From the NCBI RefSeq assembly GCF_009914755.1, contig NC_060941.1: 64,000 nt of DNA; one strand, written 5' to 3'. A program made the position numbers and the translations under genes. The DNA comes from the human T2T-CHM13v2.0 reference genome, Homo sapiens. The first letter of the stretch is position 1, and each line of letters opens with the position of its first letter. Below are positions 14,209 to 35,130 of this stretch, one piece after another. The notes beneath the pieces are model-generated. The model did no database searches and was not told the DNA's origin. It worked only from the letters and a program-made list of their open reading frames with translations.

Positions 14209-16676
14209 TAACGTGAAAGAATGAGTCTTGTGAGTGCAAAGTAGAGAAACAAAAGGTGTTCACTCATTCACTCATAAGAATATCACACCAGGTAAAGTCT
14301 TCATGAGATAATTCCCTCATGTCAGTTAGAATGAGTGTTCTAACCCACAGGTGCATGCACACAGAATTATTTTCATAGCTTGAAGATATTCTGCAGTTTA
14401 AATTCAGTAAGAAGAAAACCCATTTTCATCCAGTAAATCCCCAATTGCCACAGGGCAGAAGCAACAAGGATGCAAAGCCTGTCACATGTATCCAGACTCT
14501 ATTCCCAGGCCCAGGGCAGGACTTCAAAGCACTCTGTACCATGGCCTCATCACAGTGCTCCAGTCAATAACTACCACTAAATGTAAACCAGCTCCCTCCT
14601 GTCCCTCAATCAGCCGCTAATTTCCCCCACGTCGAAGCGTCCCTATGCCCATTGCTCTCCCAGATGCTCTCTATGGTCTACATGTCACAGAAAGGTCTTT
14701 TTTTTATGCAGGGTTGGGAGGTCTGTGGAAGCTCAGCTCCACTATCCACTGCCCTCACCCCAAATAGCACGGGCATATCATTTAACCTTTCCAGATCTCC
14801 ATCTCCTCACTTGCAAAATAAAAGGCCCATATTATATATTCAAAGTTCCCTTTGGTTCTAAAATCTATGAACAGGGATGATGACAAATGATCCACTGTAG
14901 GCTTTCTATACAATTGTAAGTATTTTCTCCACTGAAGATTATTCTACATACAATTAGGTTGGTGTTACTGGAATCTTTTTAATTTCTAGTGTTGGGGTCC
15001 TATAAAAACCGTGATACTGAATGAGCAAAGAATCCTAAGCCATGACTTCACTATACAGTTACTGTATTTCTAGGGTTTTGTTTTTGTCAGTGTGCATCAT
15101 CTGATATCAATAATATACAAATGAATATTGTCTAATGTCTTCCCACTTTCACTATAGTCACATTTATTCCAGGACTAATATATGAAGCTGATTAAGGTTA
15201 CGTGGAGTTTTTTTGGACTTGGATTAATCTGAAGTGCTTCTTTATTCACCGTGTTGCTGTATCCTAGCAATCTTCCTACTAGGATAAATTGGCATATCTT
15301 CTGATACAGTCAACTTTGGCAAACCAAGGAAAAACACTCAGGAAGAGGAATAAACTAGCACACGAATGAACTGACTGGGCCTCTAGATTCACTGAAGTCG
15401 TGCTCTTACACAAGGTTACTTCTGTAGTCAGCATGTAAGATGAAAACAGGGCAATACCAATATTGTCTTTATAAATCCTTGAATTTGCCCATAAAATACA
15501 CCTAGTTTTGTGTATAGCTCTGATAATAACTCATGTATAAATAGATAAATATAGAATTTTATATAGGTGTGCAAAACATAATTTTATAGTATTCTTAATT
15601 ACACTAATTTATCTTTTGGTTTGGGGGGATATCTTGGTGCATATGGGTGAATTCTTGTTAAGTAAAATATAAGTATGAGATGATTTTTCCTGAGATGTTT
15701 ATCTCAAGCCACTGTATTTTGCATAGATGACTCTTGGCAAAACATACCCAGCAGTCATCAAATATACGATATATATCTAACAGGTCAAAGTTCCTAGAAG
15801 AATGACTTTTCATTGAAAAACTCTATTTCACGTGATTTTTTTAACCGTATGCAAGTATTATTTTGTGTAAAATCAGCAACGAAAGCCCTAAACAAAGATA
15901 GGTTTCCCTCATCATGATGATAATGATGTTAAAATCATGATCCCTGATGATGTTAAGATTGAGAATAAGGCCGGATATTAGTATCAAACCAAAATTGTCA
16001 TGTTTCATAGGCATATGTGAGTGATATAAATAGTAAGTAAGCAGCACTGGTATTCAGAGGAGGAGATTATTTTCAGTTACAGTGGCCAAGAGGTGAGGGT
16101 GGAGGTAATACCTTAAGCTGGGTCCTAAAGGAGACTAACTTGCAAAATGAAAAGAGTGATAACGTGACAACTGCCTCTTAACTTAAAGAAAACCTAAAAA
16201 GTATTAATGCCTCCTCCGAAAAGACAGAAAGCCCTACTTTAATCACTAAATATCTCTTCCTGCAATCCTCAAATCAAGCCTGGGGTCACCCTAGTTAGTT
16301 TATCACAACAGTGCAAATTATTCAGGATAATTTGCTTGGAGGAATTAATTTAACATATAAATTAATTTTCCCTTCATTGGACACATATCAGCCAAGCATA
16401 CAGGCAATTTTAACATATAAGTTAGAAAATTAGACACTCATGATTTAAAAACTAAAGAATCCAGATTACCTACCAAAAAGAGATCAAAATATCAGAACAT
16501 TTACTATCTAAAGCCCCAAATCAAACCCCCACCCCAGACTTTACCACAACCAAACAAACACACTGAGCTTTAGCTTAGGTTGTAAAAGGAGAGGAATTAT
16601 ATTCTCCATCATGAAGGGTAAGTGTGGTCTACACTACAGCCCACGAAAGAGAACCCTGTTATAGAAATATCCAAAT

Positions 16677-16975
16677 GCTGGGCGTGGCGGCTCATGCCAG
16701 TAATGCCAGCACTTCAGGAAGCTAAGGTGGGCAGACTGCTTGAGCTCAAGAGTTCAAGACCAGTCTGGGCTATATGGCAAAACACCATCTACAAAAAATA
16801 CAAACAAATTAGCCGGGTGTGGTGACGCTTGCCTGTGGTCCCAGCTACTCGGGAGGCTGAGGTGGGAGGATCAAGGATCCTGAGAGTTCAAGGCTGCAGT
16901 GAGCTGTGATGGCGTCACTGCACTCCAGCCCAGGCAATAGAGCAAAACCCTGTCTCAAACAAACAAACAAACAAA
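16677..16975 (+). mobile_element. AluJ
   Basis: Diverged dimer, (AAAC)n tail. Confidence 0.9.
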
Positions 16976-18313
16976 CTAATCTGAGAGGAGAGCACAAGCA
17001 TAGACCATACTACTAACAGTACAGTCAGAGTAAACTGAAACAAAACAAAAAAGGCTCTGTAAGTCCCAGAGTCATAATATTTCTAGAACTGTTCTGATTT
17101 CAAATATTTCATCACTATAATGTCCTCAAAATTTTAATATTTCTGGATCCAAATTATATTTAGGCTACAAGAGAATTATACCAATTCACTATAGTACAAT
17201 CCACGAATTCATGCAATCCACCCATTCTAGGACAGACCTTTTGTTCAAGGACATCTGTCTTCAGTCTTTAGTTCTAAAATAAATTACCAAAGATGAGGAC
17301 TCTGAAGGAACAACAATGGTTTCTACCAATCCAAAGCCAACTGGCTCCAGGAACTATGTTTGGAAATGACCTTGTTACCAATTGTTAACAAACATTACTT
17401 TAAGAAGTCTTATTCTAATGACAGACACTCTTATAGACGACCCTCCCCACCCCTTTTCAATTTCTTAAAGTTACGAAGGATTTTGGGCATTTCAAAAATT
17501 ATTTCCAGATATCACCGTTTATTCAGAGTGGTCTGTCTCACCGCTAATTTTCAGAACAAAAATCCTTTCTTCTCTAACTTCAGTTGTGCCTTCTGTAATT
17601 CAAGCCCTGTTAAATTTCAAGCTGTACTAACACCGACTTCTTTAAACAGAAGAGAAGGATAGGAAAGCAGGTGAGGAGAGAGAGTTCAGAATAGCCCTTT
17701 TAGTGAGAAAAATAGAAAGCAGGGAAATCTCAGGTTCTGGCTAGTACACTGGGAATGATATGGGAAAGTCAAGGGACTCCAATCCTATACAATTGGATTA
17801 CTCTCAGGTAACTGAAATGCATCTAAAACAGGAAGAAAAAAAAAAGGCAGGGAAAATAATTCATGGAAACCAAAAAAGTTACTCTAACATCAATTTAAGC
17901 TTAGGAAGATTTGAAAGAAAAAAAAAAGTTTGCATGTAAGTGTTGAGTCACAGCATAACCAAAAAATAATGCCTGGCTTTATTAGGTACACATAAAATTT
18001 CTTAGAGCCATATACAGAAATTTTCATCAGGCAGCCTCAAGTAACTTAATCTGGTGATAGTCTGATACAAATTCATATGACCATTTTTTTAAAAATGTTT
18101 TCTAAAAGTGTTGACTCAATCTTCCCTAACTCTTCTGTTGGGATTGCATAATAGTTACTATGTAAGGCTGACAGTTTCCAAGGTAAACGGTTCTTACTTT
18201 CTGAGAACTGATAGTTATAATTTCAGCCTTAAGGAAGGGGAAAAAAAAGAAAATTCTAAGAAAGGGGAGATGGAAAAAGCAAAATAGATTCCTCATCAAC
18301 AGAAGACACAATA

Positions 18314-18616
<303 letters not shown>

Positions 18617-18665
18617 TTAAAGAGCTATTTTGAGATAAGTGAAAAAAGATTTCTGAAAAGGTAGA

Positions 18666-19066
18666 TGTAACAGAGTTTGGCCCCATTTTTGATGTCTGGC
18701 CATTGACAGCATTTAAGTTTCCACCATTTTCTATTCTCCCCTCCCCCACACTGCCCCACCGCACACCTGGTGCTTTAGATAAAGAAATCCATGGGCATCT
18801 CCTGAGCTCCCAGCACTGGCAGGAAGCTTGAATCCCTCAAGCCCACAGATCGAATGCTCTCCAGCCCCATTCCCTAGCTACTTTAAAGGCCCAGCCTCCT
18901 CTCTGTTCTTGCCATTTTGGACCAGCTTTCATCTATCCTGCTCTCCCCAGAAACCCTGTGTATGAATAGTAAACTTTCAAGTTCTCTTAGTGTGTGAAAT
19001 GTCATCAGTCTTGACATCTGGCCTATTAACTGAGTCCCTCATCTCCCGGGGGGTGATCACAAAACA
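18666..19066 (+). mobile_element. Putative solo ERV LTR
   Basis: ~400 bp TG...CA element with TATA-like and poly(A)-like motifs; family not determined. Confidence 0.45.
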
Positions 19067-19595
19067 GTGGGATGAGGTAAAGCAAACAAAAGCTGCCCAC
19101 AGGAGGGTATGAGCTGGGGGCAGGAATGACTACAGATTAAGGCAAAGTTTTATAGGAAGGTGGTATTAGGATATGTAATTAGCTATGAGCTTCTTTATTT
19201 TGTTTGGACATGGCACTATTTCCATCAGTACAAGAAGGGGCAACAAGCTCAGTTCTGCACAACTAGAATTTCTTGGCTTATTCCTGAGGCCAGGGAAGGG
19301 GGGTAAAATCACTGCATGGTGACAGCAGTCATTTCAGGTACAGACAAAAATACACACATATACATATAAAAATTGAGCTTTAGAGTCTATTAGGCTAGTC
19401 CAGATTTCAGTTCAGTGTTTCTTCACTTGGATTTGTGATATTCTGATAGCTTTGCAAGAGAAAATAACCAGGGTAGGAGAGGAGGGATTTTCATCCCTTA
19501 AAATATAATAAAGCATCGCCACTGTAACAACCTATAAAAGTATAATTCTTTGGTATTTAACCAAATGAAGAGTCTGAGTGGATTTGTCCAGACAT

Positions 19596-20090
<495 letters not shown>

Positions 20091-20314
20091 CTTTTTTTTG
20101 CAGATACTTGAATGTTTGTGTTCGTTAGAGTTCTAGGCTCTCTTGTAACTCTTTTTGTGCTCTTTGGGTGATATTATCCACTCCCATGGCTTCAATTTCA
20201 TCCATTCTCAGGCAACTCCCAAATCTGTACCCCCAGTTAAGATCTCTTTCCTTTACTAAGATACATTTGGCATGTCGTCCTTATATTCATCTAGCCTCCA
20301 GACATTACCACTTA

Positions 20315-20506
20315 GAGCAGGTTTTCTCAACTGCAGCACTGTTGCCGTTTTAGACAGACAAGTCTTTGTGTGGGGCCCCGTCCCGTGCATTGTAGGATGT
20401 TTAGCAGCATTCCTGGACTCCACTCACGAGATGCCCATAGCACACTTCAGACGTTGCCAAATGTCCCCCGGGGGGCAAACTTGCCCCTGGTTAAGAACCA
20501 CTGGTT
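20315..20506 (+). mobile_element. MER20 inserted in an L2 fragment
   Basis: CAGGTTTTCTCAAC...GTCCCGTGCATTGTAGGATGTTTAGCAGCA...GTTAAGAACCACTG. Confidence 0.85.
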
Positions 20507-20649
20507 TAGACTTATTATAGACACTTCAAACAACTTAAGAGAAACTGAACTCATCTTCCACTCCCTAAATTTGCTACTTCTCCTGTGTTTTCCATCTCAG
20601 GGAAGAGAACTTCCATTCACCTACACATCCAGACCAGAAACCTGAGAAT

Positions 20650-20956
20650 TTTTTCTTTTTTTTTTTTTTTTCTTGAGATGGAGTCTCGCTCTGTCACCCA
20701 GGCTGGAGTGCAATGGCATGATCTCGGCTCGCTGCAAGCCCCACCTCCTGGGGTTCACGCCATTCTCCTGCCTCAACCTCCCAAGTAGCTGGGACTACAG
20801 GCGCCCGCCACCACGCCCGGCTAATTTTTTGTATTTTTAGTACAGATGGGGTTTCACCATGTTAGCCAGGATGGTCTCCATCTCCTGACCTCGTGATCCG
20901 CCCGCCTCGGCCTCCCAAAGTGCTGGGATTATAGGCGTGAGCCACTGCGCCTGGCC
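20650..20956 (-). mobile_element. AluY
   Basis: Full dimer, TSD GAAACCTGAGAATTTT. Confidence 0.95.
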
Positions 20957-21397
20957 GAAACCTGAGAATTTTCTTTGTTACTCCCTCACCTCTCAAATCT
21001 ACACAACAAATTATGTCAATTTTATATCCTTAAAATCATTCAAATTCTTTCCTTCTCTTCATATTTCTTATATAGCAGAAAACTAGGTAGGATAAGGACA
21101 GAGTAAATGAAGAAGTGATTCCAGCTACTAAAGAGGAAATGGGAATAGCCTCATAAAATGCCTCAGGATGAGGCACAAAGCTGATCTCTGGATCATGTGT
21201 TGGGCTTATAACTTTAAGGAGGAAGTATCTCTTCCTTGAGTCTGGGAAGAAATAAAGAGGTAAGCTATTAGGATTCTGATGCGGTCAAGTGAAGATGAGA
21301 CTGCAGGGGGATTCAACATTTTCTACAGGCCCGGAGGATTTGGGAAGAACCCCTAACTCTTATTTCTAAAGATGCAATCTGCCTTGTTCTCACTTAC

Positions 21398-21502
21398 GTG
21401 TACCGCTGCTTCTTGGCACCTCTCCCTCCTGCATTTGTGTTCGTGGGCTTACCACTTCTTCCAACTAGGAGATGATACCAGGTTTGGAAAATGGAAATCC
21501 TA
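21398..21502 (-). pseudogene. TRIM16: Dead KRAB-B exon (probable TRIM16 5'UTR exon)
   Basis: cag/tag NAGNAG acceptor; reads GFPFSKPGIIS*LEEVVSPRTQMQEGEVPRSSGT with TAG at 21465-21467; phase-1 donor C/GTAAGT. Confidence 0.8.
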
Positions 21503-21743
21503 CTGAAGAGATACAAACAGAATGTAATTTTAAGTTCAAAAGAGAAAGGACCACTCTATTCTCAGTCCCACTCTGTTGCATTTTAGAGAGGAGAAAACGA
21601 AATAACTAATTGTCAAAAGCAATTAAATAATTTCTACCCAAGTAGGGTGAGAAACAGTTTAAGGATCTGATCTGGATTCTGTGGGGGAAAATAACCAAAG
21701 CCTCATTTGTTACCATTCCCTAATAGAAGCAAGGGAATCTTTA

Positions 21744-21943
<200 letters not shown>

Positions 21944-22157
21944 CTGAAGAAAAAGTTACATGAGGCATACTTAGGGGAGACTGATGGGATGGAGAGGAAA
22001 TAGATTAAACTATGTTCACAGTGTCAAAGACAAGATTTTATTGACTCGTATATTAAAGAATCTTAAAATCTTAAAATGTGTATACCCCTCTGACATAATT
22101 TGATAGTTTTGTTTTACAGTAATTTTATATACAGAACTCAATTATAAGAAAACTATC

Positions 22158-22508
<351 letters not shown>

Positions 22509-22574
22509 TTACAATAGAAAAATAGCAAAATCGTTCTAAATAACCTAAATGTTTGAGAACAGTGCTACGAGCTG

Positions 22575-22970
22575 CTAACTGTCCATGAAAATATGCCTCC
22601 TCCTCTCCTTTCTAGGTATACAAACATTTCCCAACCTCCTGTAGTTAGACCTGGCCATGAGATCCTAACCAATGGAATGCAAGCAGGAGTGATGTGCGCC
22701 CTTTCCAGGCCTGACTCACGTATGTTCCTCCATGCTGTTTTCCCCTTCTGACTGGCTGGTAGGGCCATGAGCCCCAGAGTGAGTTTGGAAGCCATATGGT
22801 AAAGAGGCTAGAGCTTCAGGTAGCTCAGGTCCCTGAATGGCCATCCTATCAATCTATATACCCACTCACATGGCTATGACAGCAAACAATACACTTCTAT
22901 TGTATTAAGGCCATATATATTTTGGGTCTATTGGTTACAACAGTTATTAGTAAGCCAACCCAAACTAATT
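22575..22970. mobile_element. MaLR MLT1-type LTR, with probable internal sequence continuing to ~24250
   Basis: CCAATGGAATG..AGCAGGAGTGATGTG..TTCCAGGCCTG and TATTGGTTACAACAG motifs. Confidence 0.6.
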
Positions 22971-23100
22971 CAGAAATCAGCACCTTCAAGTGGGAGATAT
23001 CATAATAAAAAGTTCAAATACACAGGTGGCATTGGATTGACAGTCAGGTGGCAAGCTTCAAAGAAAAGAATATTTACGACTGGAGAAATGCAGACTCTCC

Positions 23101-23418
<318 letters not shown>

Positions 23419-23879
23419 TAATATACACTGGCAAACTAATTAGCAACTATGAGGCCAGGGCAAATGCTCACTGGGCCTGTGGCTCTAGAACAGGTTGGAA
23501 AGCACCAGAACGCTCTTTGTGTAGAATGCTCCTGGATATGTCTGGCGAACAAAGAATGAGTTAAGTTCAGGAAACAATGTGTCAATTTTCAAGCCAAAAC
23601 AAAAGAGAATAGAGTGCAGAAATCTGAGGCCTCACGTGGTTGGAAAAGCAAACTGTTTCTAGATCTCATACAGTGGGAAGTAAGTCTAACAAGAGCTTTG
23701 AGCAATAAAGGCCCATTACACCTGTTAACTAAACAAAGTGATTTAGCCCTGTAAAAAAAATGTCAGATTAAGGATGTGGCCTTCCCACCCAAGCCTATTG
23801 TTTAGCCGGCCTTAAGGTTATCTTCAGTTAAGTTGAGAGAGACACATGGTAAGTAAGAAACTAAGAAATAGGCCAAGCT

Positions 23880-24204
<325 letters not shown>

Positions 24205-25017
24205 TTATATCTAGGAAAGAACTTTGAGTATAAGAAGCCTTTAAGTTTTTGTGGAACAACACCTCCGTGATTTCAATGTACTGACTTTTTTCCTGTGCCA
24301 GAGGAATCAGTATCTTGCTTTGATTCTAAGTCATTTATGTCACTAACTTTCTATAAATCTTTCAAGAATTTACTCAGCTTTCAGGGCCCACATCAAATCT
24401 CACTACTTTCATTAGCCTAGGAGCCGCTTAAAAGGACTTTAAAATGCTAGTTGAATGAATAAAATCTTCCTAAATCTCTCTCAGCCAGACACATTTGCTC
24501 CTGCTCCTCCAAGTCCATACAGCATTTTCCCTAAGACACTTTATATTGAGTAGGCCCTTAATAATAAGGGCCCTTAATAATAAGGCCCTATTTAATAATA
24601 ATAAATCTGCTGGTTTGTGCCACACAGATTTGTGTACATCTTTTCTCCCCAAAATATTCTAAGCAGATGCAAGCAAGAAATGCCTCACATGCCTTTGCAT
24701 ATCTATGCCAAATGTCTCAAGTGAACAAAAAGAAGCTTGATTCTTACCCAACCATGTTCTAGGAGTCACGCTCCTCAATTATCTGCTAAAGAGGCCTCAT
24801 TCCCATCCTGCCCCTACCATCCTTTCTCTACACTGCCAACTGATGGGCGAGGCTACCAAGCCTCCTGACCTTCACTGCTACTGCCATACAACTGAGGAAC
24901 ACTCAAACACCATCTCATTGGCAGTCCATCCCACCTGCTTGATCCTTTCCTTTCAAACTGCTGTGGCTAATGTGGTTGACAAGCTTCATGCTAAGAGAAA
25001 AAAAATTTGCTTCAGGA

Positions 25018-25103
25018 ATTAAAATAAGATTTCTGAGAAGAGAGGAAAATCCCCAACTCAATTAAAATAAAATTTCCAAGAAGAGAGGAAAATCCCCAAC
25101 TCA
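25018..25103. repeat. 43-bp tandem duplication (2 copies, 3 mismatches)
   Basis: ATTAAAATAA(G/A)ATTTC(TG/CA)AGAAGAGAGGAAAATCCCCAACTCA x2. Confidence 0.9.
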
Positions 25104-25104
25104 C

Positions 25105-25193
25105 CTGGGACTCTGCTGTCCGGCAAAGAGCAGCCATATTTTCCTTCTTAAGATACCCCTTTTGGGAAAGGGCAGGGTCCTCAGAGGGCAGAA
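25105..25193 (-). pseudogene. TRIM16: 89-nt pre-KRAB exon of the dead ZNF gene (probable TRIM16 5'UTR exon)
   Basis: ttccag/...TCCCAG/gtgagt; reads (V)LPSEDPALSQKGYLKKENMAALCRTAESQ. Same length and phase as ZNF286A exon 45392-45480, with 54/89 nt identical ungapped (hand count). Confidence 0.88.
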
Positions 25194-27093
25194 CTGGAAG
25201 GAAATTGACATAAAGGAACCTGGTTTATCTTTATGTATCTCAAACCTATGAATTTAGAAACAGCCACTTATGAGAAAATGTGCCTCTGACCTTGGCTGTC
25301 CATAGCTTGAAGGATTTTACAGACATCTATGTAATGAGACTTCAAAGATAATCTCAGAGGATAGAATGAACATAAACTCAGGGAAAGGTATGACCATTAA
25401 CTGGGCTCAGGATCTGCGTGAGCCACTGCTCTGAAAACGAGGTTCCCTGGGACCAAAAAACCCTAAAACAAAACAAGAAGTGCAATGTTACAGTTGGAGA
25501 GGTGCTTAAAGACCTCCAGGCTCAACTCCTTTATTCGCAAATGGAGAAAGTGACCAATTTTGTAGAACAAGAAAAAGGGAGTCACAGCAGCAAAAGACAG
25601 CAGTGCCCACCCCAGCAGTCATGGTCACAGACACCTTTAGCCACCCCATCGTGAGTATTCCAGGCCCACGGTGAGTCTGTGGCCATCTCAGGCCTGTTAA
25701 CACCACACACGCTCCACTAAATTGTATGTGTCGTATCATTCACCACTGCATCCTAAGCACTGAGCACGGTGTACTTGGCAGACAGCAGTCCCTAAGTATT
25801 GTGAATGAATTAATGAATGAGCCCTAAATTCCCTTGGTCTGAATTCTATGCCCAACAAGCAACCTTCTGCTCATAATTTACTTCTCCATTTTGATTTTTT
25901 TGCCTGTAGGGAGAGAACTGCTGATGCTATTACCTTTGAGCATTTCTTTGCGCTTATCTCTAGGTAGTAGGGTTACATGCTATTTATCTTATTCTACATA
26001 TCATTCTATATTTTCCTAATATTTTACAGTTTATTATTTCTTCAATCCTCTCTCCACCCATCTCCAAAAAGCAGTACTTAAACCTCCTTGTGGATTTGTT
26101 TGGGGGAAGAAGTAGTTCTTTTAGGCCTCAGTTATTACCAAGTACAGGGTTTCACAATTTTGTAGAATTCATGCCTCCTGTAATCCTTTGTCATTGGAAC
26201 TCTGGCTCTGGAGTCTGCCTGCCTACTGCCTTTACATCCTGGCACTGTGTAACCATAGCCAAGTTTCTTCTGGGCTTCATTTCCTAATTTTACAAAAGAG
26301 AATAATAATGGTACCTACGTTGCTACAATGTGTGTTAATGCACATAAACGGCCCAAACCAGTACCTGGTACAGAATAAGCACTCAGGAAAGGTCATTTAA
26401 TCATCAGTTAATTATTATTCTCAATATTTTCTGCATATCAACATTAACCAAGACTTTATGGCGCTTTCTTTCTATACTTTGTTTTACGAGGAAAAAAAGG
26501 TATGATCAATATGTTTGGTCATACTCCCAAATCCCAACTTCCCCACAAGATGCCTGTCCCCTCCCTGTACTGGACACTGACAATCAGTCGGGGCTAAGGT
26601 AGAGTTAGGAACTCCTAAGTTCCAGGACTTCCAGAAATCAGAGGGCCTGAGGGCAGGATATTATAGGAAAGTCAAACAGACTAGAGATAGACTATGGAAG
26701 TCCCTTCTAATTTGGGGGATCCCTTTGTATCTCCTTAAGAGAAAGCGCTTTTTAAGAGAAAACTGAAAGAGAACCAAGGAGCAGTCTCTAATTCTGCCAG
26801 AAATGAGCAGCAGGGCCATGGACCCTGGGGACGCAGGCCCCAGCTCTAGCCCTGAGCTCATAGAGGTTCAAGGGACTAGGGCTCTCCCATGTGCTATAAT
26901 GCCAAATCAAATCATCAGCCTCTCCATACCTATTTCTTTCTTCTCTTCCAAGGAGTCCGACTTATCCCCCCTTATCCTTCAGAAAGGCAGGTGGTATAAT
27001 GGAAAGAGTACGGAAGTAAGGTATCTTCTTTTTTCAGAGTTTCAAATTAAAAGGGAATATTAGTAAAATCACCACTATTCTTCGCACACTCAC

Positions 27094-27191
27094 CACGCAC
27101 CAGGTGCTTTCCATAAATCAGTATTCACAGATGAGGAAACTGTTAACTTGCCCAAGTTCTCTGTGCTGCCCACACACATTTTACAAGGTTG
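27094..27191 (-). other. TRIM16: Candidate MIR-derived 5'UTR exon
   Basis: tttttctttacag acceptor, G/GTGAGT donor; contains the MIR core CAGATGAGGAAACTG..AACTTGCCCAAG. Confidence 0.55.
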
Positions 27192-27275
27192 CTGTAAAGA
27201 AAAACTAAAATGAGGTTGTGTGTGCATACTGCAGATTCTTGGCTAATGGCAGGACCCTTTATTTCTATTTCTTAC

Positions 27276-27397
27276 CTCTGTTCTGGAGTTTGCAGGTCCA
27301 ATCCTCCATAATCATAGCCTTTGCTTCACTATTTGGGTGTAGCAACCTTTCCGTTCTCCACGTATCTTCCTGGAAATTGCCAGCATTCTACCAGAAA
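27276..27397 (-). other. TRIM16: ATG-bearing exon of the dead ZNF gene / TRIM16 5'UTR exon (acceptor uncertain: 27369, 27387 or 27397)
   Basis: tgattATGGAGGATTGGACCTGCAAACTCCAGAACAGAG/gtaaga: 34 coding nt, phase 1. Compare ZNF286A tgatcATGGAG...GAG/gtgaga (37 nt, phase 1). Confidence 0.7.
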
Positions 27398-28179
27398 CTG
27401 TGGTAAGAGGTTCTGGATTGAAGTTTTCCCCTTTTTCATTGTATTTCTTTTTTCATTCTCTGAGACTCTACTCAGAACGCAGAGTCTGACGCAGTATCTT
27501 TTGAGCTAAAGCTAAACTCAAGAACTTCGGCAGCCATTTAATCTTCAGGAAGCCCTGAACACAGGCAAGTCTCAGTACCTTTATACCACTAGGGCCCTGC
27601 AGAGTCAGACACTGGGAACATAGACAGTTACAGACAACAGTAAGGATACTGTGCCTGATGAATACAAAAGTGCAGGGTGGTGGAAAGTGCCCTGCTGGGA
27701 GTGCCTGGATTCTAATTTCCACTATGTGCTAGTTGGCTGGGTGACCTACAACAAGCTACTTTTCATTCTTGGGTGTTTCCTTCTTACGTGCAAATGGGCA
27801 GATGGATGCCTACTATTAATAAAAGCAACAACTGATTGATCCCTTACTTGGTGTCTGGCCCTGTGTCAACTGTTGCATGTCAAAATTCCATTTAATCCTC
27901 ACAACCACCACTTAATAGTAGGTACAACAAACCTCAAATTACAGGTAAAGAACACGAGACACAGAGAGTAACCTGCCTACGCTCACATCAGAGCAATACC
28001 ACTCTCTGAAAATGTGGATAAACAGATCTCTGATATCCATCCCCTCCTACGTTCACACTTCAGTCTATGAAACGGTTCCACCACACTGCAGGCTGCAGAG
28101 ACATAAGGGACGCGTTGGTGCCTAACCTGGCCCTGGTACAGGAGCCTTGGGCGCTACCTGCCTCACTTTGCAACCAAAT

Positions 28180-28620
28180 GCTCCAGGGTATGCGGGCCCT
28201 CAGCCGGTTTCCAAGCAAACGACCCGGAGGTGTCTCGGATAAGAAACACACATACACCCCACTCCCACACGCACAAAACCCAAAGACACGCTCCAGGGGC
28301 AGAGGGGGCGCGTCAAGGTGGCCGAACCATAGCTCCAGCAGAAGGAATTACAGTCAGATCAGCGGGCCCGGGGAGAGACCCAAAAGGGAGCAGCCGGGAC
28401 CCCAAGTCTGACAATCCACTGCTGAACACACACACCCTGTCCAGCGTCTGCTCCTCCCCGGTCCAGACACAGAGAGGGTGTCTGCTCTGGGGGACAGGGA
28501 GGACACAGACTCGCCACGCGCGGAGATCCTCCAGAGAAAGGGGCCGGAAACGGAAGTGCGCGCCGAGGCTCCTGGGAAATGTAGTCCGGAGCGGCCCGGG
28601 CGACAGAGCGAGATTCTCTC
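28180..28620 (-). promoter_or_regulatory. TRIM16: CpG-rich promoter / first exon (TRIM16 promoter)
   Basis: CpG cluster; tandem ETS sites CCGGAAACGGAAGTG at 28544-28558; ZNF143/THAP11 motif GACTACATTTCCCAGGAGCC at 28567-28586. Gene identity is from known gene order next to ZNF286A. Confidence 0.8.
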
Positions 28621-28673
28621 TCAAAACAAAAACAAAACAGAAAAACTAAACAATGTTAAAAGTGAAGTTATAG

Positions 28674-32190
<3,517 letters not shown>

Positions 32191-32411
32191 ATTTCCAGCT
32201 CTTCCTTTGTTATAAACTTTCCTTAATCTAAATTAAGAAATTAACTTTTAACCTAATTATGAACAGATATTGAATGTTATCAATGATTTCTATTGAGTTA
32301 GTTATTTGGTTTTACTTTTCCTTAAGAATCCATTAATGTAGCAAATTTCATATCTAGATTTTCTGATGTTAAAATCAACTTGATCATGATATAGGTTAAA
32401 TTCAGTTGGCT

Positions 32412-33300
<889 letters not shown>

Positions 33301-33825
33301 AATTCAGTTGTCAGTTGGCTAATATTTTATTTAGGTTTTGTACTTATGTCCATAAGTAAAATTGGCTTATAATTTTCATTTTTATTCCTTGTATTATCTT
33401 TATCCATTTTAAGAACCAAGTTTATATTAAATTACTAAAATAAATCTGGCCGCTTTATCTCTTTTTATTCCTCTGAGTTGTTTTAGAACACCTTTTATAT
33501 AAGATAGAGAAGATCAGTTCATTGAAAGTTTGGTAGAATTTGGAGTGTGGCCCCATATTTTAATTTCTTTTATGGTAATTGAGCTATTGAAGTTTCCAAT
33601 TTCATTTTGTACCTTTTTATTTCTTTCATATTTTCCTAAACTTATCTACTTCATCTACGCTTTCAAATGTATTGGTGCTTAATAATGTCCGTTGTGCCTC
33701 TCTTTCTGTTTATTCAATCTACAGTTGTATAACTTCATCTGCTCTCTTAAATTCATCATTCTCATTTGAAGTTTGTGCATCTTATTAATCTATTCATTAA
33801 ACCAACTTTTATCTTTGTTTGTTTT

Positions 33826-34142
<317 letters not shown>

Positions 34143-34517
34143 TAGTCTTTTTATTGGTTTTTGTGTACATGACTTCCTTGATTTTTGAGCATTTATTATT
34201 TCTGTATTTCGTATTCCTTTGGCTTAACCTGCTCCTTGAATAAACTTCTTAGCTCACTTGTTTCCAATTTTTCTTAAATGAATTTAAATTATAAATATTT
34301 TCTAAATACTCTTCTAGACGTACTCTAACATTTCTGAATAACTTGTGATTCAGGTTTAAGTATTTTGTAACTTCTTACACTATTTTCTCTTTAACCCCAA
34401 ATTTACTTAGTATTGTGGGGTTTTCTTTATTTTTGTTTTTAATATTCAGAAAAAGTTTTAGCTCTCTTTTCTTTTTGATTTCTAATTTTATTGCATATCT
34501 TCAAAGAGCAATAGATC

Positions 34518-35130
<613 letters not shown>

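Noticed and set aside
15905-15965. TGATGA/CTGA-rich patch resembling C/D snoRNA boxes
   Set aside because: Box spacing too short and no terminal stem; looks like low-complexity (ATG)n-like sequence.
24552-24603. GGCCCTTAATAATAA repeated ~3 times
   Set aside because: Small slippage duplication with no evident function.
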